DNA from: an uncultured Deferribacteres bacterium
GTDB taxonomy: Bacteria; Zhuqueibacterota; Zhuqueibacteria; Zhuqueibacterales; Geothermadaptataceae
Direction: 5' to 3'
DNA: 59,406 nucleotides
NCBI GenBank assembly: GCA_964014485.1
Contig: CAXHAT010000016.1
Coordinates: 1-59,406, forward strand
Every line of letters starts with the position of its first letter. Position 1 is the stretch's first letter. The translations under genes were made by a program, and so were the position numbers. The notes beneath the pieces are model-generated. The model worked only from the letters and a program-made list of their open reading frames with translations, was not told where the DNA came from and ran no database searches. Of the stretch, positions 36,171 through 46,458 are shown in pieces.

Positions 36171-38555
36171 ATGAAGAAAAGTTTTCTCGTTTTTCCTTTT
36201 CTGTGGATTTCTTGTTACGCTCCAACGGAAGAGACGACAAATTCCTCCGAAGGCGATCTCAAATTATGGCATGGACAGCCCGCCGAAGACTGGATGCAGG
36301 AAGCCTTGCCCATTGGCAACGCATACCTGGCGGCGATGACTTTTGGCGGCGTTCCGCAAGAGCGCATTCAGTTTAACGAAGAAAGTCTCTGGGCGGGCGG
36401 AAAAGGCGAATGGGCAGAATACAACGGCGGCAATCGGGAAAACGCGCATCGCCACTTGCCCGAAATTCGGCGTTTGCTGCGGGAAGGCAAATTTGATGAA
36501 GCGCATGCGTTGGCGAACAAAGAACTCACCGGGATCATTAAAGCGAACAAAGGCAACAGCGTTTGGGAAGGCTACGGCGCGTACCAATCCTTCGGTGATT
36601 TGCTGGTGGAGGTTGGTCATCGCGGAGAAGTCAAAAATTATCGGCGTGAGCTCAATATTTCAAAAGCGCTTTCAACGGTTTCCTATACTTCAGGCGCAGT
36701 AAAACATCAACGCACCTATTTTGCCAGCTACCCAAAACGCGTGCTGGTTTTTCGTTTTGAAAACGATGCGACAAATGGGACGGATTACGTCATTCGCCAA
36801 ACTTCGCTGCACAAGCAAATCTCCTTTTCTCGCGAAGGCGACCAGCTTGTCATGCGCGGCGCTCTCGAGAACAACGGCATGGGTTTCGAGAGCCGCGTTC
36901 TCGTACAAACGGACGGCGAAGAATGGACGATTGAAGATAACGAAATTCACGTCCGCGCCGCCAATGAAGTCACGTTGTATCTGACCGCCGCAACCGATTA
37001 TCTCAATGAATACCCGCACTACAAAGGCAGGGATTTTGTCAAGCTCAATTCCCAGACATTGGGCGCACTCTTCGGCGTAAAATATCAGGAAATTCTTGCC
37101 GAACATCTGGCGGATTACACTGCGCTTTTTGACCGCGTCAGCCTCAAATTGCCCAGTGGAGAAAACAACGCTCTTCCTACAAATGAGCGATTGAAGAAGT
37201 ATGGCGAAGGCGCAGTAGATCCGGATTTGGAAGCGCTTTATTTTCAATACGGGCGCTATCTGCTGATCAGTTCTTCACGACCCGGCTCGATGCCAGCCAA
37301 TCTACAAGGAAAATGGAATCACTCCAACAATCCGCCCTGGGCTGCTGATTATCACGCAAATATCAATATCCAAATGATTTATTGGCCGGCGGAAGTCACC
37401 AATTTGGCGGAATGCCATGAACCGCTGATTGAGTTCGTGGACCGCCTGCGCGTGCCGGGCCGAAAGTCTGCGAAAGATTTTTTCAACGCCGACGGGTGGA
37501 TCGTTAACACGATGAACAACACGTTTGGCTTCACTGCTCCAGGGTGGGAGTTTCCCTGGGGCTTTTTTCCGGCGGGCGCGGCGTGGTATGGTCAGCACGT
37601 TTGGGAGCACTACGCTTTTCAGCCTGATTTGCAATATTTGAGAAAAAAGGCGTTCCCGATCATGAAAGAAGCCGCACGCTTTTGGCTGGATTACTTAACC
37701 GAAGACGAAGACGGCCTTCTCGTTTCCTCGCCTTCTTATTCGCCGGAGCACGGCGGCATTTCTCAGGGGGCGTTCATGGACATTCAGATCGTCCAGGATT
37801 TGTTTTCGAATTGCATTGCCGCCTGCGAAATATTGGGAATCGACGATGAATTCAAGTGCAGGGTTGTTGCAGCAAAGGAAAAGCTTCTGCCTTTAAAAAT
37901 CGGACGATGGGGACAATTGCAGGAGTGGAAGGAAGACGTTGATGATCCGGAGAACAAGCATCGCCACGTCTCGCATTTGTTCGCGCTCCATCCCGGAAAC
38001 CAAATTACACCCGAACGAACGCCGGAACTTGCGGAAGCGGCGAAAGTCTCCCTGGAAGCACGAGGTGATGACGGCACGGGCTGGTCATTGGCGTGGAAAA
38101 TAAACTTTTGGGCGCGTCTCAAGGATGGTGATCGCGCACATAAATTACTCCGGCGAGCGCTGCGAATTACTGGGCAAGAAGGATTTGATTACATGGACGG
38201 CGGCGGGGTGTACGAAAATTTGCTTTCCACGCATCCGCCGTTTCAATTGGACGGCAACATGGGAGCGACGGCGGGAATCGCGGAAATGTTGCTGCAATCT
38301 CACGGCGACGTGATCGAGCTTCTCCCGGCTTTGCCCCAAGCGTGGCCGGACGGCGCGATTCGAGGCCTACGAGCGCGCGGCGGCTATGCGGTCGACATAA
38401 ATTGGCGATCAGGCGAATTGGTGGAAGCTGTGATTAAATCAATTTCAGAAAATAGCGTGGTCAAAATACGCTACAAAGATTTGATTGCAACCATTGAAAC
38501 TGGCCGCCAAAGAACAGTGACTGTCAATACAAAGCTTGAAAAACAAGGCGATTAA
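36171..38555 (+). CDS. GH95 alpha-L-fucosidase-like lipoprotein
   Basis: Motifs ALPIGN, FQYGRYLLISSSR, ANLQG, SPEHG, HRHVSHL and PPFQLDGN; lipobox WISC. Confidence 0.93.
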   Translation: MKKSFLVFPFLWISCYAPTEETTNSSEGDLKLWHGQPAEDWMQEALPIGNAYLAAMTFGGVPQERIQFNEESLWAGGKGEWAEYNGGNRENAHRHLPEIRRLLREGKFDEAHALANKELTGIIKANKGNSVWEGYGAYQSFGDLLVEVGHRGEVKNYRRELNISKALSTVSYTSGAVKHQRTYFASYPKRVLVFRFENDATNGTDYVIRQTSLHKQISFSREGDQLVMRGALENNGMGFESRVLVQTDGEEWTIEDNEIHVRAANEVTLYLTAATDYLNEYPHYKGRDFVKLNSQTLGALFGVKYQEILAEHLADYTALFDRVSLKLPSGENNALPTNERLKKYGEGAVDPDLEALYFQYGRYLLISSSRPGSMPANLQGKWNHSNNPPWAADYHANINIQMIYWPAEVTNLAECHEPLIEFVDRLRVPGRKSAKDFFNADGWIVNTMNNTFGFTAPGWEFPWGFFPAGAAWYGQHVWEHYAFQPDLQYLRKKAFPIMKEAARFWLDYLTEDEDGLLVSSPSYSPEHGGISQGAFMDIQIVQDLFSNCIAACEILGIDDEFKCRVVAAKEKLLPLKIGRWGQLQEWKEDVDDPENKHRHVSHLFALHPGNQITPERTPELAEAAKVSLEARGDDGTGWSLAWKINFWARLKDGDRAHKLLRRALRITGQEGFDYMDGGGVYENLLSTHPPFQLDGNMGATAGIAEMLLQSHGDVIELLPALPQAWPDGAIRGLRARGGYAVDINWRSGELVEAVIKSISENSVVKIRYKDLIATIETGRQRTVTVNTKLEKQGD

Positions 38556-38559
38556 AATA

Positions 38560-38795
38560 ACTGATGTTACGCAACTGGGCAATGATATGACATTTGACTA
38601 AAAACTTTGCTCTACGCGTCATTCCTGCGGAAGCAGGAATCCAGGGGCAGTGCACCATTTTCTGGATTCCTGCCTCCGCAGGAATGACCTTGAAAAACGT
38701 TTTGGAGGTCAAACGACTCCATTTTCAATTGCAATATCTGACTCGGCTGGAAACCAACTTGCGACATGCGTTATTGTCAAGCGTGTAACATCAGT
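38560..38795. mobile_element. MITE-like element carrying a GTCATTCC..GGAATCCA palindrome pair
   Basis: Termini ACTGATGTTACGC and GTGTAACATCAGT, flanked by AATA on both sides. Cargo GTCATTCCTGCGGAAGCAGGAATCCA ... TGGATTCCTGCCTCCGCAGGAATGAC. Confidence 0.75.
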
Positions 38796-38826
38796 AATAT
38801 AAATCACATTCGCATGGAAAGCCCCG

Positions 38827-38857
38827 GCAGCCGGAATGTTGTTAGGCTTCCGGCTGC
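38827..38857. terminator. Hairpin between convergent genes
   Basis: GCAGCCGGAA / TTCCGGCTGC. Confidence 0.55.
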
Positions 38858-38881
38858 TTCCCAGCACATAAATTTTGAAGT

Positions 38882-41800
38882 TTATCTCACCACTGTCATC
38901 CGCAAACTCTTCACAAAATCTTGGCTTCTGAGCACATAATAATAAATCCCTGAACTCACCGGTAAGCCGGATTCATTGCGGCCGTCCCAGGCGATTTGAT
39001 AGAATCCGGCGGGCTTTGCGTCGTTGACCAAGGTGCGTACGCGACGGCCAAGCAGGTCGTAAACTTCAAGCACTGTGGTCGCGTCTTTGGCAAGCTGGAA
39101 TTTGATCCAGGTGTGCTGCGAGCGCGCCGAGAACGGGTTTGGGTAATTCTGCGAAAGCTTGAATTCTATCGGGGTTAAGACTTCGGCCACGTCTTCCATC
39201 CTCCGTCTCCCATCTTTCGCTGCAAGGATCGCGGCGGATTCAACGCCAATGACGGCGGCGTAAGCGTCAAACCAAGTCTCGGCCATCACGTCATAACCGC
39301 GGTCGTTCGGATGCAGGTCTTCGACCATGTAGTCATTGCCGTTGCCGGTGAAAAGATCGGGATTGCTGTCGAACGGCGTGTGATGATCAACTAAGCGAAC
39401 CGGCTCCGGCGCTCCGGTGATCGCACCATTTGCGAAATCATTGATGAGTCGAGCGATTTCATCATTCAATTCCGCCGTCTGGCTCTCGCGGTCGCCGCGC
39501 GGGATGATTCGGCTGACGAAGACGTGCTCGACGAAATTGCCTTTTATGCCGTTGCGCCATTGCAAAACATAATTTACCAGATCGCCCATTTCACCGGAAG
39601 TCGTCAGAGCCATCGTCTGGCCGCCGTCTTCGGAATAAGGCGTGAGACTCGTTTCATTGCTCAGATCATTCGTCCCGAGATGAATCATAACAAATTGCGG
39701 CTGGTACAAGCCCATCGTTCCGGCGAGGTCTTTTTCACCGCTGCCAGAACCGTTGCCGAAACTGGACGGGTAAAAATCTTCGATGCTTTTTCCTGAATAG
39801 AAATGCCCTTCGTACGGCGCGACGCCTTCCGGCCCGATGAATTCGACGTCTTCTCCCGCCGAATTCAGTAAGTTGTACAATTCCGGACGGAAGCCCAAAC
39901 CGTCGGAACTGCCGACGCCGTCGGTGATGGAGTTGCCGACCAAGAGAATGCGCTTTGCTTGCGAGTCGCTTTCTTTTTGGGCGACCTCAATTGCTGAAAT
40001 CAGCGGATTCTCCAAAACGCGCCCGAATTCAATTTCTAACACGCCGTCGTCGACGAAGACTTCAAAATTATAGACCAGCGCCGCGTCGTGCCCGGCGACG
40101 GCGTGAATATCAAGACCATTCAGTACCCGCTCGCCTTCAATATCCACATCGAACCTACGCTTGCCGGATTCCTTGTAATAGGTCTCTGCAAAACAGAGTT
40201 GCACCGCGTAAGTCGCCGCTTCCGGCACGGTGAAATGATAGCCGTCCAGCCGATAGCGATTGGTTTGGTAGAGCGCGTCGTCGCTGGCGTTGGCAATATT
40301 GTCGTTGGTTGAGCTTAGGCCGGTGCGTGAGCCGTCGTAGCCCCACGAACCGTCTGAAAATTCCTGATCCGCTTGCCAAAAACGGCCGTCGCTGCCGGTG
40401 TAGCTGCCGCCGCCCGCGTTGACGCGCTGTGCCCAACTTGCTCTTTCTGCGGTAGCAAAAGTAAAATCTCCACTTATCGCCGTATTGCCCGCAGCATCGG
40501 TTGAAATGACGCGATAATGATAAATCGTATTGGCTTCCAGGCCGGTGATTGCTTGGTTGTGCGCGGTGACAAGCGCCGGATCAAGCGCGGTAGAATTTCC
40601 ATAACCGTCATCAAGACCGTGTTCGATTTGAGAATCTGAAGCTTCGTCGGTGCCCCACGAGACGGTTGCGCTCGAAGAGGTCACGCCGTTGACGATCACG
40701 TTTGAAATGACCGGCGGCGTTTCATCCGGCGGGAGCGTCGTGAAGGTGAAGTCCGAACTTGCGGCTGCGTTGCCGCTCGCATCTTTCGAATGCACGCGAA
40801 AATGATAGGTTGTGTTTGGCTGTAAGCCGCTGAGTTGCTGGCCGTGAGAATTGGTCAGCGCCGGATTGAGCGAGCTCTCATTGCCGTAGCCTGCGTCCAG
40901 ACCGTATTCGACCTGAGAATCGGCCGGCTCGTTTGTCAACCAGGAAATCGTCGCACTCGATTGCGTCACGCCGTTTGCTGTAACGTTGGAAATCACCGGC
41001 GGTGCGTCATCGATTTCCGAGCGTACTTCAATCGCGCAAATGAGCGGATTTTCCAACACGCGGTTAAATTCAATTTTTAGCTCGCCGTCGCTCACTTCAG
41101 TCGTGAAATTGAAAACGAACGCCGCGTCATGACCAACTTCCTCGATTAAATCGAGATCACTTAAAACCACCTGATCTTCAATCTCGACGTCAAATTTGCG
41201 CTTGCCGGATTCAGCGTAATAAGTCTCCGCAAAATGCAGCTCCACGAAATAAACGCCGTTTTCCAGCTCAAAACGATAACGATCCAGGCGGTAGCGATTT
41301 GACTGATACAGCGCATCGTCGTTGGTGTTGGAAATAGCGTCATTTGCGGAGCCGACGCCGGTGCGGGCGCCTTCGTGCCCCCAAGTATTGCCGGACTTGG
41401 CTTGGTCGGCGTCCCAAACGCGCCCGTCGTCGCCGGTAAACGCCTCGCCGCCGACATTCACGCGTTGCACAAAAGTAGGCGTCGGTTCAACGGCCGTCGT
41501 GAAGGTGAAATTCGCGCTTACGGCACGATTCCCGCTTTCATCCTTCGAAATGACGCGATAATGATAAGTCCTGTTTGGCGACAAGCCGCTTAAATTTTGG
41601 CTGTGGCTGGAGACCAAATTTGCGTTGAGCGGGGTCAAATCGCCGTAGTTCTCGTCCAGACCGTACTCGATTTGTGAATCAGACGGTTCGTCCGTGTCCC
41701 ATGAAATCGTCGCACTGGACGAAGTAACATTGTCTTCGGAAACATTGGAAATGCTTGGCGGCGTTGCGTCGATATCGTGGGTCGTGAAAGTAAAATCTCG

Positions 41801-44800
41801 ACTCATCCCGAGATTGCGGCTTTCGTCTCTGGACAATGCTCGGAAATGATAGATCGTCCCGGGAATTAAGCCGCCGACTCCGTGAGCGTGCGTCGTTACC
41901 AGATCGGGGTCTGGTAAAGTCAAGTTCCCGTAATTTACATCTTGGCCAAACTCAATTTGTGAATCGGACGCTTCGTCAGTTTCCCAGGTCACGGAAACGC
42001 TGTCGGTAAAAATTTCGATAACGGTGACATTCGAAAGTGTTGGCGGCGTTTCATCCGGCGGCAAGGTGGTAAAAGTGAAATCTTTGCTGGTTGCCTGATT
42101 GCCGCGCGCGTCTTTTGAATGCACGCGATAGTGGTAGGTCGTCCCGGCTGTCAGGTTGGTTAAACTTTGCCCGTGATTGGTCACAAGGGCTGGATTGAGC
42201 GCAGTCAGATTGCCGTAATTCGTATCGACTCCATACTCAATCTGCGAATCAGCCGCTTCATCGGTGGCCCAGGTAATCTTCGCTGACGCAACGCTGATCT
42301 GTCCGGCCGAGACCTCGGTGATCACCGGCGGCGCAACGTCCGGCGCCGTTGTCGTGAATGTGAAATCGCCGCTCGTCGCCAAATTTCCGTTAGCGTCGCG
42401 CGAAAATACGCGAAAATGGTAGGTCACACCCGGTTGTAAGCCGCTCAATGCGTGACTGTGTGAAACGACCAGGGCGGGATCGAGCGCAGAAATGTTGCCG
42501 TAATTTGCATCAAGCCCGTATTCCACGTGCGAGTCCGCCGGTTCGTCGGTGCGCCACGAAATCGTCGCCGTTGTTTCGCCGATGTTCTCCGATGAGACGT
42601 TCGAGATCAGCGGCGGCGTACCGTCCGTTTCCGAGCGCACTTCGATGGCGCTGATTAGCGGGTTTTCGAGCACACGTTCAAATTCGATGGTTAATTCGCC
42701 GTCGTTCACCTGCGTCGTAAAATTGAAGACGAGCGCCGCATCATGTCCCGCTTCTGCGACAATGTCGAGCGCGCCGATCACTTGTTGATTTTCAATTTCG
42801 ACGTTGAATTTACGCTTGCCGGTTTCTGCGTAATAAGTCTCAGCAAAGAGCAGTTGGACAAAATAAGTTCCGTTTTCCAATTCGAAACGATAACGGTCGA
42901 GACGATAGCGATTCGTGTGGTAGAGCGCGTCGTCGTTGGTGTCGGAAATTGGGTCGTCTGCGCTGCCGATTCCGGTGCGTGCGCCTTCGTAGCCCCACGA
43001 ATTGCCGGACTTGGGTTGATCAGCGTCCCAAACGCGCCCGTCGCTGCCGGTGAATGCGTCGCCGCCAACGTTGACTCGCTGAACAAAAGTCGACTGTGGT
43101 TCCGGCAAAGTTGTGAAAGTGAAATCGCCGCTCTCCGCCAAATTGCCGCTTTCATCACTTGAAATCACGCGATAATGATAGACGGCGTTTGGAGCGAGGC
43201 CGCTCAGAGCATGGCTATGAGAAGTTTTCAAGGCGGCGCCAACGATCGTCGAATTGCCGTAGTTTGCGTCGAGACCATACTCCACTTGCGTATCTGCGGG
43301 TTCGTCAGTATTCCACGAAATCGTTGCGCTCGCCGAGGTGATGTTATCTGCCGCAACATTGGAAATCACGGGAGGCGTTTCGTCGCTTTGCAACGTGGCA
43401 AAGGTAAAATCTGCGCTCGTTCCAAGATTGCCGCCGGCGTCTTGAGAGCGGATGCGAAAATGGTAGAGCGTGTTGGAAGTCAGCCCGCCGACGCCGTGAA
43501 CATGATTCGATACGAGCGCCGGATCCAGGTCTGTCAGCGCGCCATAGTTTTCATCCAGACCAAACTCAATTTGAGAATCGGCGATTTCATCGGTGTTCCA
43601 TGAGACCGTGACGCTGTCGGTGAAAATTTTCAGAATAGCGACGTCTGAAATCACCGGCGGCGTTTCATCCGGGGGCAGGGTGGTAAAAGTAAAAGCGCCG
43701 CTGGATGAAAGGTTGCCCTCAGCGTCTCTTGAAAACACGCGATAGTGATAAGTCGTCGCCGGTTGCAGGCTGTTTAGATCCTGAGCATGATCTGTGACCA
43801 GCGCTGGATCGAGAGCTGTCACATTGCCGAAGTTCGAACTCAGGCCGTATTCAATTTGCGAATCCGAAGCTTCGTCCGTGTCCCAGATAATCCTCGCGCT
43901 GGTTGGAGAAATGTCAATCTCTTGAACGTTTGCAATAACCGGCGGCGTTTCGTCGTCGCCTTCCAATTTAACTTCGATGGCTGAGATCATCGCGTTTTCA
44001 ACGACGTTCCGGAATGTAACGTCCAGACGTCCGTCCGTGACTTCAACATCGAAAGTTCTCACAAGCGCAACGTCATGCCCCGCTTCTGCGATAACGTCGA
44101 GATCATCCAAGACTTTCACGCCTTCCAAACTGACGTCAAAAACCCGTTTCCCGGGTTCGTCGTAGTAAGTTTCAGCGAAGTGCAATTCTACCGTGTAAAT
44201 GTCGCTGCTTGGAACTGTAAAGCGATAATTTTTAATGCGATAGCGATTGGTGTGATAGAGCACGTCGGCTTTTGTGTTTGCGACTGCGTCTGAAGATGAT
44301 CCAACGCCGGTTTTGTTGTCGTCATAGCCCCAGGAACCGGAAACGTATTTTTGATCAGCCTCCCAGACTTGATTCTGCGGGTCAACGTAGGAGTCGCCGC
44401 CCACATTGACGCGTTGGAGAAAGAGCGGCGCGTCCGGTTCCGCCGACGTGAACGTGTATTCGTCGCTTACCGCGAGATTCCCGGCGACGTCCCGTGACAA
44501 AACGCGATAATGATAAATTGTATTTGGGGTCAAATTATTCAAATCTATCGTGTGATCAACTTCGAACGTTGGATCGAGTACGCTTGCTTGACCATAATCC
44601 GTCGTTAAGCCGTACTCAACTTGCGAATCGGCGTTGTCGTCAGTCAGCCATGTGATTGTCGCGCTTGTGCCTGTGACGTTGACGTGCTCCACAGCCGAAA
44701 TTTGCGGCGGATTCTCGTCTGAAACATTCAAGCCGGGCAGTTTCAAGGTGGGATCGCCGATAATGAGCGCCGCATAAAACGCCTGCGTCAGTCTTTCCGC

Positions 44801-45964
44801 CGCGCCGCCCGGATCCCAGTCCGGGCACCACTCCGTCGACGTGTTGCCTTCCGCGTTAAAGATTTCCGTAAACGCATTCATGTCACGGCGGTAGGCTTCC
44901 CCAAAAGTCAAGCCCGCGCCAAACTCATCATAAAAATGATCGCCGACAATCGTGTGCTGCGTGGCGGCAAGTGCGGCCAGGGCATAGTTCGAACTGAAAA
45001 TGTAATGCCCGCTCAGGTTGTTTTCCTGGTCGAAACGCCCCGTCTCAGAAGTCGCCAGATGATAAAAGAGAATCTTTGGGTCGGCGCTGAGAATGTCCTG
45101 GTAGTCAATGTCGCAATCGCCGTCAGGACAATCGATGGGCGTGTCAGGGCAATTCGCATCAACGTCGCCGTCTTTATGGTCGGTCGTCCAATATTCTTCG
45201 GACAACGGCCAGCACGGCTGTTTGTGAAAATGATGCACGCTCGAACCGGAGGAAGTGTTGATCACCGCCATTTCGTAACCTTGAGCGTCATTGAAGCGCT
45301 GCAACAGTCCGGCGGCGTCGGTTTCGCAGCCGGAATCATCAATATCGTCGTATATTTGTTCGAGGTCTTCGTAATTGGGCAAAATGGTTTGATAAAACCT
45401 GAACGCGCGTTTTGGCGGGGCGTAATGCAGTCCGTTTCGATAATTGTGGATTCGGGTGAAATACTGACGCAGCAGGCTCGCTTCATCTTCTGCCGCCGGC
45501 AATGATTCAGCGCGAATCAAGCCAACCCAAATTTCCGCTTCGGTATCGCCGGTGTGCGTCGTATAAACGCCGTCGTCGAGCCCGCCCCAGTCGCCGTCCA
45601 AATCCATGTAATACATCGGCGTGTAAAAATCATGACGGTAGCTCTCATGCAATTTTTCCGGAATATTGAATTGAACGAGCGGAATTTGACCAATCAGTAC
45701 GCTGCCGATCAGCCCGTTTTCTTGCTCGTCTTGCAACAAAACGCGAATGTCGGCGGGATCGCTCCAGGAGCCTATCGAAAGAGAAATCGCATACCCTTCG
45801 GTCTGTAAATCATCGAGGTATTGGTTGATTTCGGGAGTGATGTTGTTGTAGAGATTTTCTTCGGCGATGACTTTGACAAGCTGGCGAGCTTGAAGAGCGG
45901 AGAATGGAACTAACCAACACGAGAGAGCGGCGAGGCAGGTAATGCAAGCGCGTTTAACGTTCAT
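38882..45964 (-). CDS. 2360-aa secreted multidomain protein: C25-like domain, 10 FN3-like repeats, 4 malectin domains, SGNH esterase, T9SS type A/FlgD CTD
   Basis: DxxPP..S.V..W.T.E.AD repeats x10; QRVN[VA]GG..L.FAETY malectin x4; SGNH motifs GNSIT, GTND and DLHPN; CTD LSQNYPNPF..WDGRN. Confidence 0.9.
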   Translation of the reverse strand: MNVKRACITCLAALSCWLVPFSALQARQLVKVIAEENLYNNITPEINQYLDDLQTEGYAISLSIGSWSDPADIRVLLQDEQENGLIGSVLIGQIPLVQFNIPEKLHESYRHDFYTPMYYMDLDGDWGGLDDGVYTTHTGDTEAEIWVGLIRAESLPAAEDEASLLRQYFTRIHNYRNGLHYAPPKRAFRFYQTILPNYEDLEQIYDDIDDSGCETDAAGLLQRFNDAQGYEMAVINTSSGSSVHHFHKQPCWPLSEEYWTTDHKDGDVDANCPDTPIDCPDGDCDIDYQDILSADPKILFYHLATSETGRFDQENNLSGHYIFSSNYALAALAATQHTIVGDHFYDEFGAGLTFGEAYRRDMNAFTEIFNAEGNTSTEWCPDWDPGGAAERLTQAFYAALIIGDPTLKLPGLNVSDENPPQISAVEHVNVTGTSATITWLTDDNADSQVEYGLTTDYGQASVLDPTFEVDHTIDLNNLTPNTIYHYRVLSRDVAGNLAVSDEYTFTSAEPDAPLFLQRVNVGGDSYVDPQNQVWEADQKYVSGSWGYDDNKTGVGSSSDAVANTKADVLYHTNRYRIKNYRFTVPSSDIYTVELHFAETYYDEPGKRVFDVSLEGVKVLDDLDVIAEAGHDVALVRTFDVEVTDGRLDVTFRNVVENAMISAIEVKLEGDDETPPVIANVQEIDISPTSARIIWDTDEASDSQIEYGLSSNFGNVTALDPALVTDHAQDLNSLQPATTYHYRVFSRDAEGNLSSSGAFTFTTLPPDETPPVISDVAILKIFTDSVTVSWNTDEIADSQIEFGLDENYGALTDLDPALVSNHVHGVGGLTSNTLYHFRIRSQDAGGNLGTSADFTFATLQSDETPPVISNVAADNITSASATISWNTDEPADTQVEYGLDANYGNSTIVGAALKTSHSHALSGLAPNAVYHYRVISSDESGNLAESGDFTFTTLPEPQSTFVQRVNVGGDAFTGSDGRVWDADQPKSGNSWGYEGARTGIGSADDPISDTNDDALYHTNRYRLDRYRFELENGTYFVQLLFAETYYAETGKRKFNVEIENQQVIGALDIVAEAGHDAALVFNFTTQVNDGELTIEFERVLENPLISAIEVRSETDGTPPLISNVSSENIGETTATISWRTDEPADSHVEYGLDANYGNISALDPALVVSHSHALSGLQPGVTYHFRVFSRDANGNLATSGDFTFTTTAPDVAPPVITEVSAGQISVASAKITWATDEAADSQIEYGVDTNYGNLTALNPALVTNHGQSLTNLTAGTTYHYRVHSKDARGNQATSKDFTFTTLPPDETPPTLSNVTVIEIFTDSVSVTWETDEASDSQIEFGQDVNYGNLTLPDPDLVTTHAHGVGGLIPGTIYHFRALSRDESRNLGMSRDFTFTTHDIDATPPSISNVSEDNVTSSSATISWDTDEPSDSQIEYGLDENYGDLTPLNANLVSSHSQNLSGLSPNRTYHYRVISKDESGNRAVSANFTFTTAVEPTPTFVQRVNVGGEAFTGDDGRVWDADQAKSGNTWGHEGARTGVGSANDAISNTNDDALYQSNRYRLDRYRFELENGVYFVELHFAETYYAESGKRKFDVEIEDQVVLSDLDLIEEVGHDAAFVFNFTTEVSDGELKIEFNRVLENPLICAIEVRSEIDDAPPVISNVTANGVTQSSATISWLTNEPADSQVEYGLDAGYGNESSLNPALTNSHGQQLSGLQPNTTYHFRVHSKDASGNAAASSDFTFTTLPPDETPPVISNVIVNGVTSSSATVSWGTDEASDSQIEHGLDDGYGNSTALDPALVTAHNQAITGLEANTIYHYRVISTDAAGNTAISGDFTFATAERASWAQRVNAGGGSYTGSDGRFWQADQEFSDGSWGYDGSRTGLSSTNDNIANASDDALYQTNRYRLDGYHFTVPEAATYAVQLCFAETYYKESGKRRFDVDIEGERVLNGLDIHAVAGHDAALVYNFEVFVDDGVLEIEFGRVLENPLISAIEVAQKESDSQAKRILLVGNSITDGVGSSDGLGFRPELYNLLNSAGEDVEFIGPEGVAPYEGHFYSGKSIEDFYPSSFGNGSGSGEKDLAGTMGLYQPQFVMIHLGTNDLSNETSLTPYSEDGGQTMALTTSGEMGDLVNYVLQWRNGIKGNFVEHVFVSRIIPRGDRESQTAELNDEIARLINDFANGAITGAPEPVRLVDHHTPFDSNPDLFTGNGNDYMVEDLHPNDRGYDVMAETWFDAYAAVIGVESAAILAAKDGRRRMEDVAEVLTPIEFKLSQNYPNPFSARSQHTWIKFQLAKDATTVLEVYDLLGRRVRTLVNDAKPAGFYQIAWDGRNESGLPVSSGIYYYVLRSQDFVKSLRMTVVR

Positions 45965-46458
45965 GCGACCTTTTCAGATGATGAAGATTTTGTGGCCAGA
46001 CAGACCGCGTCTGCCGCGCACGGCGGCGTCTTGCGGGCTGCAAAAGCATAGACTGGCCTTTGATTTAGAATGTCCCGAGCAGATTGAAAATCGCTGACAA
46101 GACATTCAATGCCCGTTCTGAAAGCCTTCAATTCGGCGGCCGTTAAAACTTTCGCCCTCTCGCCTTGTGAACCGCCGCACCAACAACAGATCGAGCTTTT
46201 CAAGTCTCCTTATAATATCGCCATTATGCTGGTTTGCGCATCAAAGCAGTCGTCAGGAAGATGCGCCTGTTTGGCTGTTTTTCCTGTTTCTTGCTGAATT
46301 CCATGTCAATATTTATTGAAAACGGATGTTACGCGTCGGTGCAAAAATGCAAGGAAATGGCTGGCCAAAAACGTGGTCTCTGAACGAAAAGTATACGGCC
46401 ATTCTTTTCGAAAAAGTCATTCAGAGATGATGATCAATTATCGCTTTTGAGGTAAAAA

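Noticed and set aside
40400..44720. DNA repeats as a DGR template or contingency locus
   Set aside because: They are explained by in-frame FN3/malectin domain duplications; no reverse transcriptase is present.
45961..46203. 80-aa ORF or c-di-GMP riboswitch upstream of the giant protein
   Set aside because: RBS-to-TTG spacing is only 2 nt, and the GEMM motif could not be matched.
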